From: a virus
Taxonomy: Duplodnaviria > Caudoviricetes
IMG/VR virus record: IMGVR_UViG_3300020190_000004
DNA: 64,000 nt
Strand: one strand, 5' to 3'
A program made the position numbers and the translations under genes. This document shows, piece by piece, positions 1 through 10,900 of the stretch. Every line of letters starts with the position of its first letter. Positions within the stretch are counted from its first letter, which is position 1. Below the pieces are notes generated by a model that saw nothing but the letters and a program-made list of their open reading frames with translations, had not been told where the DNA came from and made no database searches.

Positions 1-3000
1 GTCAACGAATGCAAATTCGCTGTTTATTCTTTTAAAGCGAATTTCAGTTGCCTTTGATTGCCAGCCTATGGCTGATGTTTCATCAGCATAATCTGCTTTA
101 GTTCCCTGAAAAATTCTATAGAAGTGATCTATGTTTCTTCTTGCAGCTGCTCTTCTATATGTAGTATTTACATTTGTGCCTGTTCCTTCAAAAGATGTAA
201 ATGACCCGGTTGCGCCTAAAGCAGCAAAGTCCGACTCATAGTTACTTATTGGAAGTACTTGTGCATATTGCGCAGATGTAAAAGCTGCAGTAAGTCCGGA
301 AGCTGGATTTCCTATAGCTCCTCTATTTTTTTGATATTTGTTATAGTATAAGACATAATTTAGAGCTTTAGGGTTATCTTCGCTCACTTCACCTCCCGAT
401 AAACCAGCTGTAACACCCGCAAGACTTGTGATATATGGCGATGATGCACCTGTTCTACCGTAAACCATTTCAGCAGTAACCACCTGAGTTAGGATTAGTT
501 TTTCTATATTTCCAGTTGCGGTATTTCCACCGGTTGTTCCTCCTCCGCCGTTTCCTCCTGTGTAACCGGTCCCGCTTGTTAGTTGTCTATCTATGCCATC
601 TTCATGTTCTTTGCTACCCATATGATCGGTAAACACCATGAATGTTCCGCCGGTGTTATCGCTCTTAGGTATGAAGTACTCGCGAAGAGGTGATTCATTT
701 TGGGCAGATTGCACAACTGTATTTACCTTTTTGTACGGTTCTGTTAATGACCCGGGTCTGCTAGAATCAGGATTCTTTTCTAGGAAAGTAAAGATTAACT
801 TAGGAGATTTTTGTCTATGCTCTTTAACTTTTTCATAAGAATAGTTTCCAAGACCGCCCGGTAAAGCACCACCTGTTGCGCCTTGGCCTGAAATCCCAAA
901 GCCTTCTCCATAAACAAAGTTATTTAATCTTAAGTTGGCGTCTCCACGTTCATCTGCTGTATTAATTAAGATAGCAATAGTAGCCCCTAAAACCATAGTA
1001 ATGCCTTTAACCGATCCGCTATCTCTATTCATTCCGCTCCACTCTGCAGCAAGAGCGCCAGCTGGGGCAGTATAGCCTGGGTATGTCTGAGGGCCACCGT
1101 TATTGAACTCGGTTGGGTGAGGGTACACAATTACCGCAAAATTGGTGGATGTTACAGTCCCAGACTTTGTAAAAGTTATTCTTGAATCAACTATTCGCCC
1201 TTCATCATCTGTTGTTAATTGCCATGAAGTTATTCCTGTTATTGGTGCAGTAAACTTAATGTAGTTTATTGGCGTTGCTACTAATAGAGTTGCGTTAGGC
1301 GGATATCCGTATCCATTTTGAGCAATAGAACGGCCATTTCTACTCCAAGCCTTTTCAGCAGCAACTTCCAATCTTATGTATTCTTTTTCCGTTGCATTTG
1401 CGTTTATCTTAGCAGCTGGAGAGTCGGCTGGAGTTTCGGGGTAAGATACCCCATAGTCAATTAAGCCATAAGCACCAGTTCCGCTGTAGTACGCGTATGC
1501 ATAAGATGTACCAGCGCCCGCGGTAGTACCTGGGTTGGTTTCTTTTGAAGTTGCTGGGGTGTATCGCAAGTAACCGGTGTCAGTGAATCTGTCTAATGAT
1601 GGGTACGCGTCAAGATCCCATCCTGCAGCGTTACCAACGGCAATGTTACCGTTTCTATCAAAAACAATTTTCATTTGGTTAAGAACATCTCGTGTTCCTA
1701 GTCCGCGTTGCTCCCACTGTTCATAAGCATAACCACCGTCGCGCCCTCTTGGAATCGTAACCAAACCAATTTCTCCGTACGGTGAAGATATGATTGCAGC
1801 AGCACCGTTATTTCCGCGTTCATAATCGTTATCGCCGTCAGTTCCTAAAACCCAGCGAGTTGTGTCACGATTATCTCCGTTATTGTTTCCGTCTGCTGCA
1901 GAAACGTCTCTGAAAATGTTAAACCCAATGTAAGAAGCCGCTTCCCACCAAGCATTAGCTGTTCCTCCGTGTCTGTAAGCACCGTTTACCGTGACAGCAG
2001 GATTGGTTGATGGCCAAGCTTCATTTGATGCTGCTCCTGCTGGCCAAGGAGCAAATGTACGTGTCGGGGAAAGAGATTCTCTTGTAGGATATACCGCAGC
2101 ATTGGGTGAAATAGAAACGAGAGAAGAACTTGATGTACTTGCTGTTAAACCAATAGTAAAGTATTGGTAATCGTATATTCCCACTGGGTATCTGTAAGTA
2201 TCTCCTATGTAATCAATAGCTACTTGGCTGGTTGATGGAGAATTTTGTGCAGTACTTCCATAGAAGGGGTATGTTCCAGAAATACCAGTTGCGCTTCCGC
2301 CAGCTATAGTATAGCCAGGCGTCCATAGTTCTTCACCAAATTCTGCTTCATTATATGCATTTTTACCGTATATGTGTAAACGAGTTCTAGGATATAAGTT
2401 ATGAATACCTACACCACTAATCGAACGGTTAGAATCTTCTAGTTCAGTAGAAGTGCTGTCAGTTGTGAGAGGGTGTATAGTTAATTGGAACTCATTTTTG
2501 TATGATCCCAAACTATTTTTACCGATAGGATTCTTTACTGGATCTGCGCCAGTGTAAATCACACCAGGTTGCGCACCAAATCTCAAAGTATTTACATATG
2601 TATCGCTGCCTCTCCAAGATTCTGTACGAATCGCGTTTCTTAAAAAGTTATACCCTGTCGATCCGGCTTGCTCTTGCATGTGGTTAACTACATCACCTGA
2701 TGCATAAGAAGTAGCAGGGTTGACATATTCTACGCTTTGTGATCTTAGATTACCTATCAGGATGTCTGTGTTATATTGATTATTTGAAGCCCCAAAGTCT
2801 CCACTAAATGCTGCAACTGTAAAAGTTTCGTTAGGCAAGTATGAGCTTAAACCTGTACCTACACCTAAATCATTCCAGGTAAAAGTTGGATCGTTTTCTC
2901 TTAAGTTTTCTTTAGCGTGTACATGTAGTCGCGCAGCAGGTTCAAGCGGGCCTAAGTCATTAACAGCGTCAGCGTCTCCTACGAAAGTACCTATACCGAT

Positions 3001-4899
3001 GTTGCGATAAGGTGATACATATAGAGAGGGTAAACTTTTGTGAGCATTTATAGTTGGGTCAACTTGTGAGTTTGTTAAACCTGCTTCATACTCTAAATCG
3101 ATAGTAGGGGTTCTGAATTGAGAAGTGTAGAATATAAGTTCAGATAAGAAATGAGTTTTATCTTCTTCATCTTTAAATCTTCTCCCACGTTCCATCATAC
3201 CAGCGACCCTGATTAAGTTATATTGATCGATAGCAGCTTGTGTGTTTGTCCAATCGCTCGGATCACTATCCAAAACCGAAGATCCGTACCAAGATTTACG
3301 AGTACTCATACCAGCAGTACCTGAAGCTGCATCGTGTATACCTCCTGTGTAACCACCAGCTCCACCGGGCACACCATCACCTAAACCATATTCCCAATAT
3401 GCTGCGTATTGTCCTTCGCCCGTTAACGTCTTTCCGTTAATTGAACTTATGTAGCCTTGGTATGTTCTGTATGCAAAATCTAAGTTATCTACATTATCGC
3501 TATTACTTTCATCATATGTAGAATTACCAGAATAGTCACCAATGTAATCGCTTGATAGACGTAGGTCCGCTGGAACAGAACATACGTATTGGTTTGATGC
3601 AGTTATTCTTCTAAAATCAAGCATAAGCTCTCCCCAGTTTTCAGTATCAACAGAATCCAATGGTGGTGTGAATAGCGGATCGTACATCTGTGTTGGGTCT
3701 GGAGAATAGCGAGTTGAGAACAAGAATATGCTCTTGTTCTGGTTGTCTTCGGCGCCTTCCCCCACTGCGGTAAACATATAGATCCCCAGCGAACTGAATT
3801 TTATATCTGGGTCTGCATCCTCAAGCCTTCTTTCTGATAAAAAGAGCAAGGGTGTGTATTTTTCAAAAGATACGTCATATGCAGGATTTGCCCAGTAAGA
3901 TGCACCCAGCATCTGAGTACCACTATCGTCCGGGTAAATACTGTTTGGCTGCATTGGGAACGGGTTGCCTGCATCAGGACCAATAACTCCAGTATATCCT
4001 CTTGCGGTTATATTTGACAGGTAAGGAAGGCCGTCCAACGACATCTTGAAAAGCAAGCGATCAATACCGCTATTTACTCTTCCTGGGTTAGGATAAAGTA
4101 AACCAGCGGGATCATGCCCCCACTCTCCAATAGTTGGTGTATTTAAGTCGCTATCTTCATAAGAAGCGGGGTTGTTTTCATCACTACCGCTACTTACCCA
4201 AATAGTTCCGTATTTTGACAGGAGCCTTGCATTTTTAACAGTTAGCGGTGAAGTATTTGTATCTTCATAAGGCCCTTGTGCATAAGGCCCCGTTGGAGAT
4301 GTTGCTAAATAGGTTGTGTTATCGCTGATCCAAACCGTAGAGGAATCCACGCTTTCTGGGACTGGGTAAAAATACCAACCAGCACCTGCCCATCCTCCTG
4401 TAGAACCCAAGTAAGGGTATGCTGCGCCAGTTCCTTGATAAGAATAGTAACCGCCTGATGTATAACCACCGGCTCCGTCACACGCACCTTGCACATCTGG
4501 TGCATTTAAGTACTGCCAGTAACCGTCGTTGGCGTGATCTATAAAAATATCTCCTTGAGCTCCTGTAACATGATAGTATTGTAACCACTGCCATGAAGAT
4601 TGAGGCCAAGGACCAACGGTTCCGTATGGAGTAACGATTGTACCGGAAGGCCCAATAGCAGTAGGTCCTGTACCAGGTATACAAGCAAAAGGAATGATCC
4701 CCAAGATAGTTCCTGTTGGGCCGGTAGCACCAGTCGGTCCTGTTGGTCCAAGTTTTCCAGGCAATCCTGGGATTCCTTGCGCGCCGCGAATACCTTGCGG
4801 TCCGCCATTTGATGCGGCTATCGTTTGGAAATTTGCGTTTAGTTTTGCTACAAGTGACGAAATACTATCGCTTTCTAATATCTGTTGGATTGTTAACAT
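1..4899 (-). CDS. Collagen-repeat tail fibre-like protein, >1633 aa, 3' end outside the window (absent from the ORF track)
   Basis: ATG at 4899 gives MLTIQQILESDSISSLVAKLNANFQTIAASNGGPQGIRGAQGIPGLPGKLGPTGPTGATGPT. The frame was open in every segment I translated, down to base 1 (...KRINSEFAFVD). It contains a GDIFID..YWQY motif after the collagen and GIG..P..RLHV / GVGI..P..RLHI fibre-type repeats. A GATATATAC motif lies upstream. Confidence 0.8.
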   Translation of the reverse strand, partial: MLTIQQILESDSISSLVAKLNANFQTIAASNGGPQGIRGAQGIPGLPGKLGPTGPTGATGPTGTILGIIPFACIPGTGPTAIGPSGTIVTPYGTVGPWPQSSWQWLQYYHVTGAQGDIFIDHANDGYWQYLNAPDVQGACDGAGGYTSGGYYSYQGTGAAYPYLGSTGGWAGAGWYFYPVPESVDSSTVWISDNTTYLATSPTGPYAQGPYEDTNTSPLTVKNARLLSKYGTIWVSSGSDENNPASYEDSDLNTPTIGEWGHDPAGLLYPNPGRVNSGIDRLLFKMSLDGLPYLSNITARGYTGVIGPDAGNPFPMQPNSIYPDDSGTQMLGASYWANPAYDVSFEKYTPLLFLSERRLEDADPDIKFSSLGIYMFTAVGEGAEDNQNKSIFLFSTRYSPDPTQMYDPLFTPPLDSVDTENWGELMLDFRRITASNQYVCSVPADLRLSSDYIGDYSGNSTYDESNSDNVDNLDFAYRTYQGYISSINGKTLTGEGQYAAYWEYGLGDGVPGGAGGYTGGIHDAASGTAGMSTRKSWYGSSVLDSDPSDWTNTQAAIDQYNLIRVAGMMERGRRFKDEEDKTHFLSELIFYTSQFRTPTIDLEYEAGLTNSQVDPTINAHKSLPSLYVSPYRNIGIGTFVGDADAVNDLGPLEPAARLHVHAKENLRENDPTFTWNDLGVGTGLSSYLPNETFTVAAFSGDFGASNNQYNTDILIGNLRSQSVEYVNPATSYASGDVVNHMQEQAGSTGYNFLRNAIRTESWRGSDTYVNTLRFGAQPGVIYTGADPVKNPIGKNSLGSYKNEFQLTIHPLTTDSTSTELEDSNRSISGVGIHNLYPRTRLHIYGKNAYNEAEFGEELWTPGYTIAGGSATGISGTYPFYGSTAQNSPSTSQVAIDYIGDTYRYPVGIYDYQYFTIGLTASTSSSSLVSISPNAAVYPTRESLSPTRTFAPWPAGAASNEAWPSTNPAVTVNGAYRHGGTANAWWEAASYIGFNIFRDVSAADGNNNGDNRDTTRWVLGTDGDNDYERGNNGAAAIISSPYGEIGLVTIPRGRDGGYAYEQWEQRGLGTRDVLNQMKIVFDRNGNIAVGNAAGWDLDAYPSLDRFTDTGYLRYTPATSKETNPGTTAGAGTSYAYAYYSGTGAYGLIDYGVSYPETPADSPAAKINANATEKEYIRLEVAAEKAWSRNGRSIAQNGYGYPPNATLLVATPINYIKFTAPITGITSWQLTTDDEGRIVDSRITFTKSGTVTSTNFAVIVYPHPTEFNNGGPQTYPGYTAPAGALAAEWSGMNRDSGSVKGITMVLGATIAILINTADERGDANLRLNNFVYGEGFGISGQGATGGALPGGLGNYSYEKVKEHRQKSPKLIFTFLEKNPDSSRPGSLTEPYKKVNTVVQSAQNESPLREYFIPKSDNTGGTFMVFTDHMGSKEHEDGIDRQLTSGTGYTGGNGGGGTTGGNTATGNIEKLILTQVVTAEMVYGRTGASSPYITSLAGVTAGLSGGEVSEDNPKALNYVLYYNKYQKNRGAIGNPASGLTAAFTSAQYAQVLPISNYESDFAALGATGSFTSFEGTGTNVNTTYRRAAARRNIDHFYRIFQGTKADYADETSAIGWQSKATEIRFKRINSEFAFVD
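4705..4803 (-). repeat. Collagen-like (Gly-X-Y)11 coding repeat
   Basis: Translates as GPQ GIR GAQ GIP GLP GKL GPT GPT GAT GPT GTI. Confidence 0.9.
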
Positions 4900-4923
4900 T
4901 CCTGCTTAGTTTTTATTCTTTAT

Positions 4924-4932
4924 GTATATATC
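4924..4932 (-). promoter_or_regulatory. Putative late promoter GATATATAC
   Basis: Recurring intergenic 9-mer, about 25 nt upstream of the ATG at 4899. Confidence 0.6.
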
Positions 4933-4933
4933 A

Positions 4934-7900
4934 TCATATTCTTTTAACAGTTGCCGAGAAGGTGAATCCTACTGGCACCGCAGGATTCAATGTCTTGGTT
5001 AACTGGAATTTAAAGTCGGATAACTTAGTCACAACACAATCTTTGTCTACTCTATAGCCGTTTCTAAATTTTTCTACTTCTGTAAGATCGCCATTCACAA
5101 GTTCTACTCCTTGCTGTTGCAAAGAATACAAAGTTACGTCGGTAACTTGGTAGATGTTGATTATATTCTTATTGATGTACTGAGTTTTAAGATTAAGTAA
5201 TTCCTCGGTTGATAATGATGTTAATTCACTGATTCCTAAAGTGGTCAATCTTGTGAATTCATCTACATTGTTAGGGTTGTCGATACCTGCAAGTAATTCT
5301 CTTCTTAACTTTTCTTCTATGTTAACTGTTATTATTACCTTAGGCCTGTTTGAATACGGCATTCCTTGCTGAACTGCAGAGTTATTAGAAGAAAGAGCGT
5401 CTACTCCAATAGCAGCTGCTGGTTGAACAAGTTCGAAGGTATACTCTACACCATCTATGTACTCGTGCAAGTCGAATTTTTTTGGCACGTTCATGGCTTT
5501 AGATGCTAAGAATGCTTTTGTCTCTTGCATTTCAGCAATCCCATAAACTTCCGTAAAGTCATTGGTAGTTTGATAGTTTCTGTAAAAATCTTTGTCCCAA
5601 GAACTTGTAAAAGCATTAAAATCCTTGTTAGTAACAGAGACTTCTCCCACCAGTGGATATAAGCTCTTGTAAGAAGAACCTGTACTTATTACCATTACCT
5701 CTCCACCGGTAGAAACTTTGTTGATGCCGTAGTTTCTCACAAGACCTGACAAAGATGACTTTGCATTTATGTGAGTATTCGATAATAAAAAGTCAAGCTC
5801 AAAGTGACTGGAGAAACTATCATCTTCTCTAACCCAGAATGACAGTATGTCTCGTGTCTTTGGTTCATAATACCCGCGGTGACGTGTGATAAATTCTTGT
5901 CCGTTAGTATCTACGATGTTATAGCCTATTATGCTGGTTGATTGATATTCTATCGGCTTGTCTTCATCTGTTGCAGTGTTTAGAACATTTGTTTTAACCA
6001 GCGTGTCCGGGTTAATTATGTTTAATCGATAGTCATAGGCAAGTACCTTGCCGCTGTCTGTAACGTTATAGTATTCGATAAGAGTGCTATCGGTGTTTAT
6101 TAATGACTGTATGTTTCCAAAGGTTATGTAGTTTTTAATAGACTGAAAACCGTCAGTTCCACCGTTCACAAAGTATGTTTCGTTTACTTCTGAATTAGAC
6201 GGAACACTACCAGGTATGGTTGTAGGAGCAGGGCTCGCAAGCGCTGATTGAAGCAGAACACCTGTGGAAGTAATGTTTGTTCTAAATCTGCTATACTTTT
6301 TAGCACTTCCGATAGAGATACTGCTAAGTGTAAGAATGTCTACCCTGTCTTGGCTATCTAAGAAATTCCAAAATGTATAGATTTCACTGCTAGAATTCTG
6401 TTTATACAAAACTGAGTGTATGTTAAATTCATACCCATCATACCCAAATTCTTTTGCCCAGATGGAACCGGTAAGAGATGTGTCCTGTATAAAAGGGTAA
6501 GGAGAATCAGGTACTCGGTAATCATTATTTATAGTGGTAATTTCATTTAATAGACTAAATTGGTATGTCACAGGATCAACACTATTAAAGTTCATAAACA
6601 ACTGAGCCTTTGTGTTTTGCCCTGGAGGGATAGGTGCATTCCACTCAGGTGAAACGGTGGGAGTGTAATCAACTAAACCGCCAATTTTTTTGTCACCCAG
6701 TTGAATATAGCCTCCGCCTAAAAACCCTTGTCTTGGCCTCATTACCGCATTAGGGGTGTAAGGATTTAGGTAAGTGGTATACGTACCATCATAAGGCAAA
6801 AAGTTTCTTAACATAGAGCTAGATAGCGTCCCAACCGCTAAATCATACTTTAATTGATTTTGATTTGAATTTTTAAGAACATCGTTCGCAAAATACTGTA
6901 GCGCATAATCTATGTGCCCACTTTGTGTTCTATAATCTTTTACTTTAATTGAAAAGATCATTGTGATAGTCTTAAACTTATCATTTTTTAGAACTTCAAT
7001 ATCAACCGGCTTCTCAATCGTAAAAGGTTCATACGGTAAGAATCTAGCAATAGCTGAAAACTTATATCCTTCAAAATCTGTGCTATTCGGTATAGGTGTA
7101 GAAAGTGAGGTAGTTATGTTAGGTCCAGCTTCATACTGAGTTATTTCAATCTTTGCACCTCTAAACAAAGTTTGCGACTTTCCTGTTCCGGTGTTGTAAA
7201 TAAAGAAAGTATATCTTTCATCGCGTGATTTTGGTATCTTATTTCCACCAAAAAATGCTTCAGATGGGTATCCCAAGGAAAAGTATTTGGAGAACCAATC
7301 ATTTTCAACGTTACTTGTAATTAAGTCATACCAGGTTCTACCTCTCCAGACAGTAGTGTCTAGTTTTTCAAAGAAGTAAGATCTAGAAGATTCGAGACTT
7401 TCTTTTGGGTAATCTTGTGGTATTGCATCAAGATATGGAAATTCATGCGTTAGTACAGAAGGTTCAGCAAAATCTACAACAGAACTTGGTGAAAGATTGC
7501 TTAAACCAAAGCCTAAAGATGTATCTAGTCTATAGTAATTATCTCGTGCATCAGTCCCTTCTTGCACCCACTTGTTAATGTATGGCACAGTTTTTGACCT
7601 AACAGCCCAATCTTTGGTAAAGTTCTCTCTTAATCGATCATATTCTGATAGCAATAGCTGATAAGTAAGCGCTTCTATAAACTGCCCGTTTTGCTTTAAG
7701 TTTTCAATAGTCTGCGCGTCATTTAGACTTGTTATGTCTTGTATACCCGCAAAGCCATTGAACAGCTTAACGTCTTTATCGTTTTCATAGTTATAGTTGG
7801 TGATAACTATTTTTTCTGCTGTTGATACACCTGTTTGTCTATATTTAACACGAAACTTTTCGGGATAAAACACAACTGACTCATTAGTGTCTGGGTCAAG

Positions 7901-10900
7901 TTTTACCAGGTATCTTCTATCAAAATTTCTAAAACCAGCTGCTCTAGATTGGACTTCCAGTGAAGTGTTGGCGTTAGTCGGATCCGGAGCCAAGTAAGGA
8001 TAGCCATCGGGTTGGCCTGACACCATGTCATAGTCATATAAAGGATAAAATGTGTTAAACAAAAATTCCGAACTACCGGATACGTTTTGTAAAGACTCCA
8101 CCATTGTCCATATATCAGTTTCTACATCGTATGCCTCAACATCTAAATCAAAAGAAGAAGTATCCGCAGATCCGGCGCCGTTAAACTGTTCTACTTTGTA
8201 GTTATTAAAGAGGTCAAGTTCTATGTATTCGTTATCAAGAGCTTCTTCACTAAAGAAGTATTTCAGTATCTCCAAAGTTGGTGTATAAGAATACTCAGAA
8301 AATAAAAAGTCAAAGTCAAATTCTTTGATTGGAAAGATTGAGAAGATTCCAAAAGTTGGTCTATAAACTTTGTAAGCAACTATTCTATTATCATTTGAAT
8401 AATAAAACTCTTGGTCATACTTGTCTAGCTGAATAATTGAATAGTCCTTATAGTTCTTAAAACCTGACAAATAATTTTCTGCATCATATGTAGGTTGGTC
8501 AAGATATGGTAAAGAATAAACATACTTGCCCTGAACCTCCCACCCTTTCATTCTGCTGAAAACGCTTTTTAGCGATTGGTACCACTGTTGGTTAATTTTG
8601 TTATCATTTAGAATACTTAGTTCCCCGGCTGTAATTTTTACGCCTGACGCTGTTTCGGTCGAGTTCACGTTCATCACGACACTTCCAACGTTAACATCAA
8701 TAATTTTTGCGCCGTTAGGTATACCACTACCAATGATTGGATTCCCTACATATAAACCAGTCGAGTCTATAGTAACTATTGGCGAACCACTGGTTGTGTT
8801 TCCTTTTCTGATTACTTTTTTGTTTTGGTAGTAATTTTGTCCGTTTAGAAATTCAATTCTGGCGCGGTTTCTTAAACGTTTTTGCCCTCCTACAAAGTAT
8901 TGCTGAACCTCTGATGAAGAAGTTTGTGTATAAATAAACTGACCTGTTGTTCCTATAGGTATTTTCTTAAGATTAAATGTAATTGGTATAGAATTGTCAA
9001 CAAAGAACTCGTCTTTAGTAGGAATGTTAAAAATGAATGGCGTACCGGTTGATGTTGCAAGAGCCCACGTACTAGCATTTATGCCTAAGCGAATAAGAAT
9101 GTTAGTAGAGAAGTTATCGCGCGTTACTTGCACAAAATATGACGTGTTGGTTATTTGGTCAGGTTCTTGCAGTACTTTTGCTTCAATATCATAGGTATCC
9201 GAAGTTGTTGTAGGAGTAATTTGTAAGGTTTGTACTTTTAATTCATTCCCTCTATCAACGTTTCCTACTTCATAAAAACCAACATTTGCATAGTAGCTAT
9301 TACCTTGCAATACTCGCTTAAACTGAATAGAGTTGCCTTCTTCGTGCAAAAGATTGGATCTCATGTATACTTCAGTTCCGTCTGACCATGCTTGTACTGG
9401 TAAATTCCCGAATGAATTTACACACTTTACTATTGCTTTTGCTACCTGGTCAAGTCTTCCTTCGTTACTAAAATTGGAAACATAATCAACTCCATTTGGG
9501 TCAAGTAAAGGATAGTCCCAAGCATCACCCGGCTGAAGTCCTAAACCGTTTGCTTGCAGCCTCCAACGAAACTGCTGATACTGGGGTGTGTATTCTGCGT
9601 CCACTTCGTTAGTGCCGTTTAAGATAAATTTTTGAATACTCGGGGCATCTAATTCAATGCGCCAAGCATCGTAAAGTGAGTATCCTGTGGAAAAATCTAC
9701 AAGATTAAGTTTCACATAGTTGTCGATTGATAGGTATGTATCAAGAGGGTTTAAGTTGTATGTTGCGATACCACCCAGCGCGCTTCCGGTCAATTTACCA
9801 GCTACTATAACTGTAGCTGGTGCGGCATTTCCAGGATTCCCTAAATTCTTAATTGTGACGGTGGAAGCAGTCGGAATTGCCGTTACTGAATAATAACCGC
9901 CTTGTACTATGTAAAGACTTTGACCTACAACCAGATTAGCCGTAGTAGTTACTGATATCGTTACGTCCAAACCTGGTGCCAATTGGGTAAAAGGCGCAGT
10001 TGTCTGAATCACGTTCTGATCTATGAAATACGCTAAAGTTAAAGAAGTCCCTGCTACAAAGTTTGTGACTTGTGTATAATAAGTATATGAGCTGTCCGGG
10101 TTGTTGTAATTCTTAACTTCAAAGATTAGTTCTTCGTCGTTAGCTATACATCCTGTACCAAATTGATCTAGTAAATGCAATCTTAGTTGCGCATGCCCGC
10201 TATCAAGAAGGGTTGCGGGAAATTGTGAAACAATGTCTGCAACTCCACCATAAGAGCTTATATTTTCTTGTGTGTCAAACAATTCAAGCTGAGTTGCTCT
10301 AACATAATCTGGAGACAGCGGACTACCGTAATCGACCTCTGTGAGTTTTCTTACTTTCTTAAATATGTTATCTCGGTCTCTTACATAAAATAGTCTAAGA
10401 GGATCATCCACCATTGCAGGAAGAGGAAACTTGCCAAGCACCTCCCCTTGATAAGAAGGGACTATCGAGGTGTTATTCACAAATGCTGTATTGTGATAGT
10501 AATGAACAGGTATTTGAATACCGTTTGCGTTTGTTTGTACAAAAGGTTTAATGCTATAAGGCTGCCCGTCTACCTCAGGTTTTGGAAGTGGCGTCTGACC
10601 GCTAATCTTTCCAAGAACTGTGGGTTCAATTTCGAATTCCGCCAATTGATTTTCTGTTACATAAAAACCAATGTAACGATTAATGCTGTATAGCGGTGCT
10701 TCTTCATCATCAAACAAAAACTCCAAGTTGAGCAAGTTTGTACTAATGATATTATTTCTTTGAAAACCTCCTGTTACGAAGTCTTCAAATTCTTTAATTA
10801 ACCTGTCTTGTTCTATGTAGTCATGTATAAGTTCTCCTTTTGCTGAAAGTGTACCCTCTGTGTAAACCGCACCAGACCAATATGTGGGAGTACTAGAGTC

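Noticed and set aside
638-5057. Short track ORFs over the left end
   Set aside because: All are alternative-frame or antisense shadows of the long fibre gene (1..4899) or of the 2529-aa gene.
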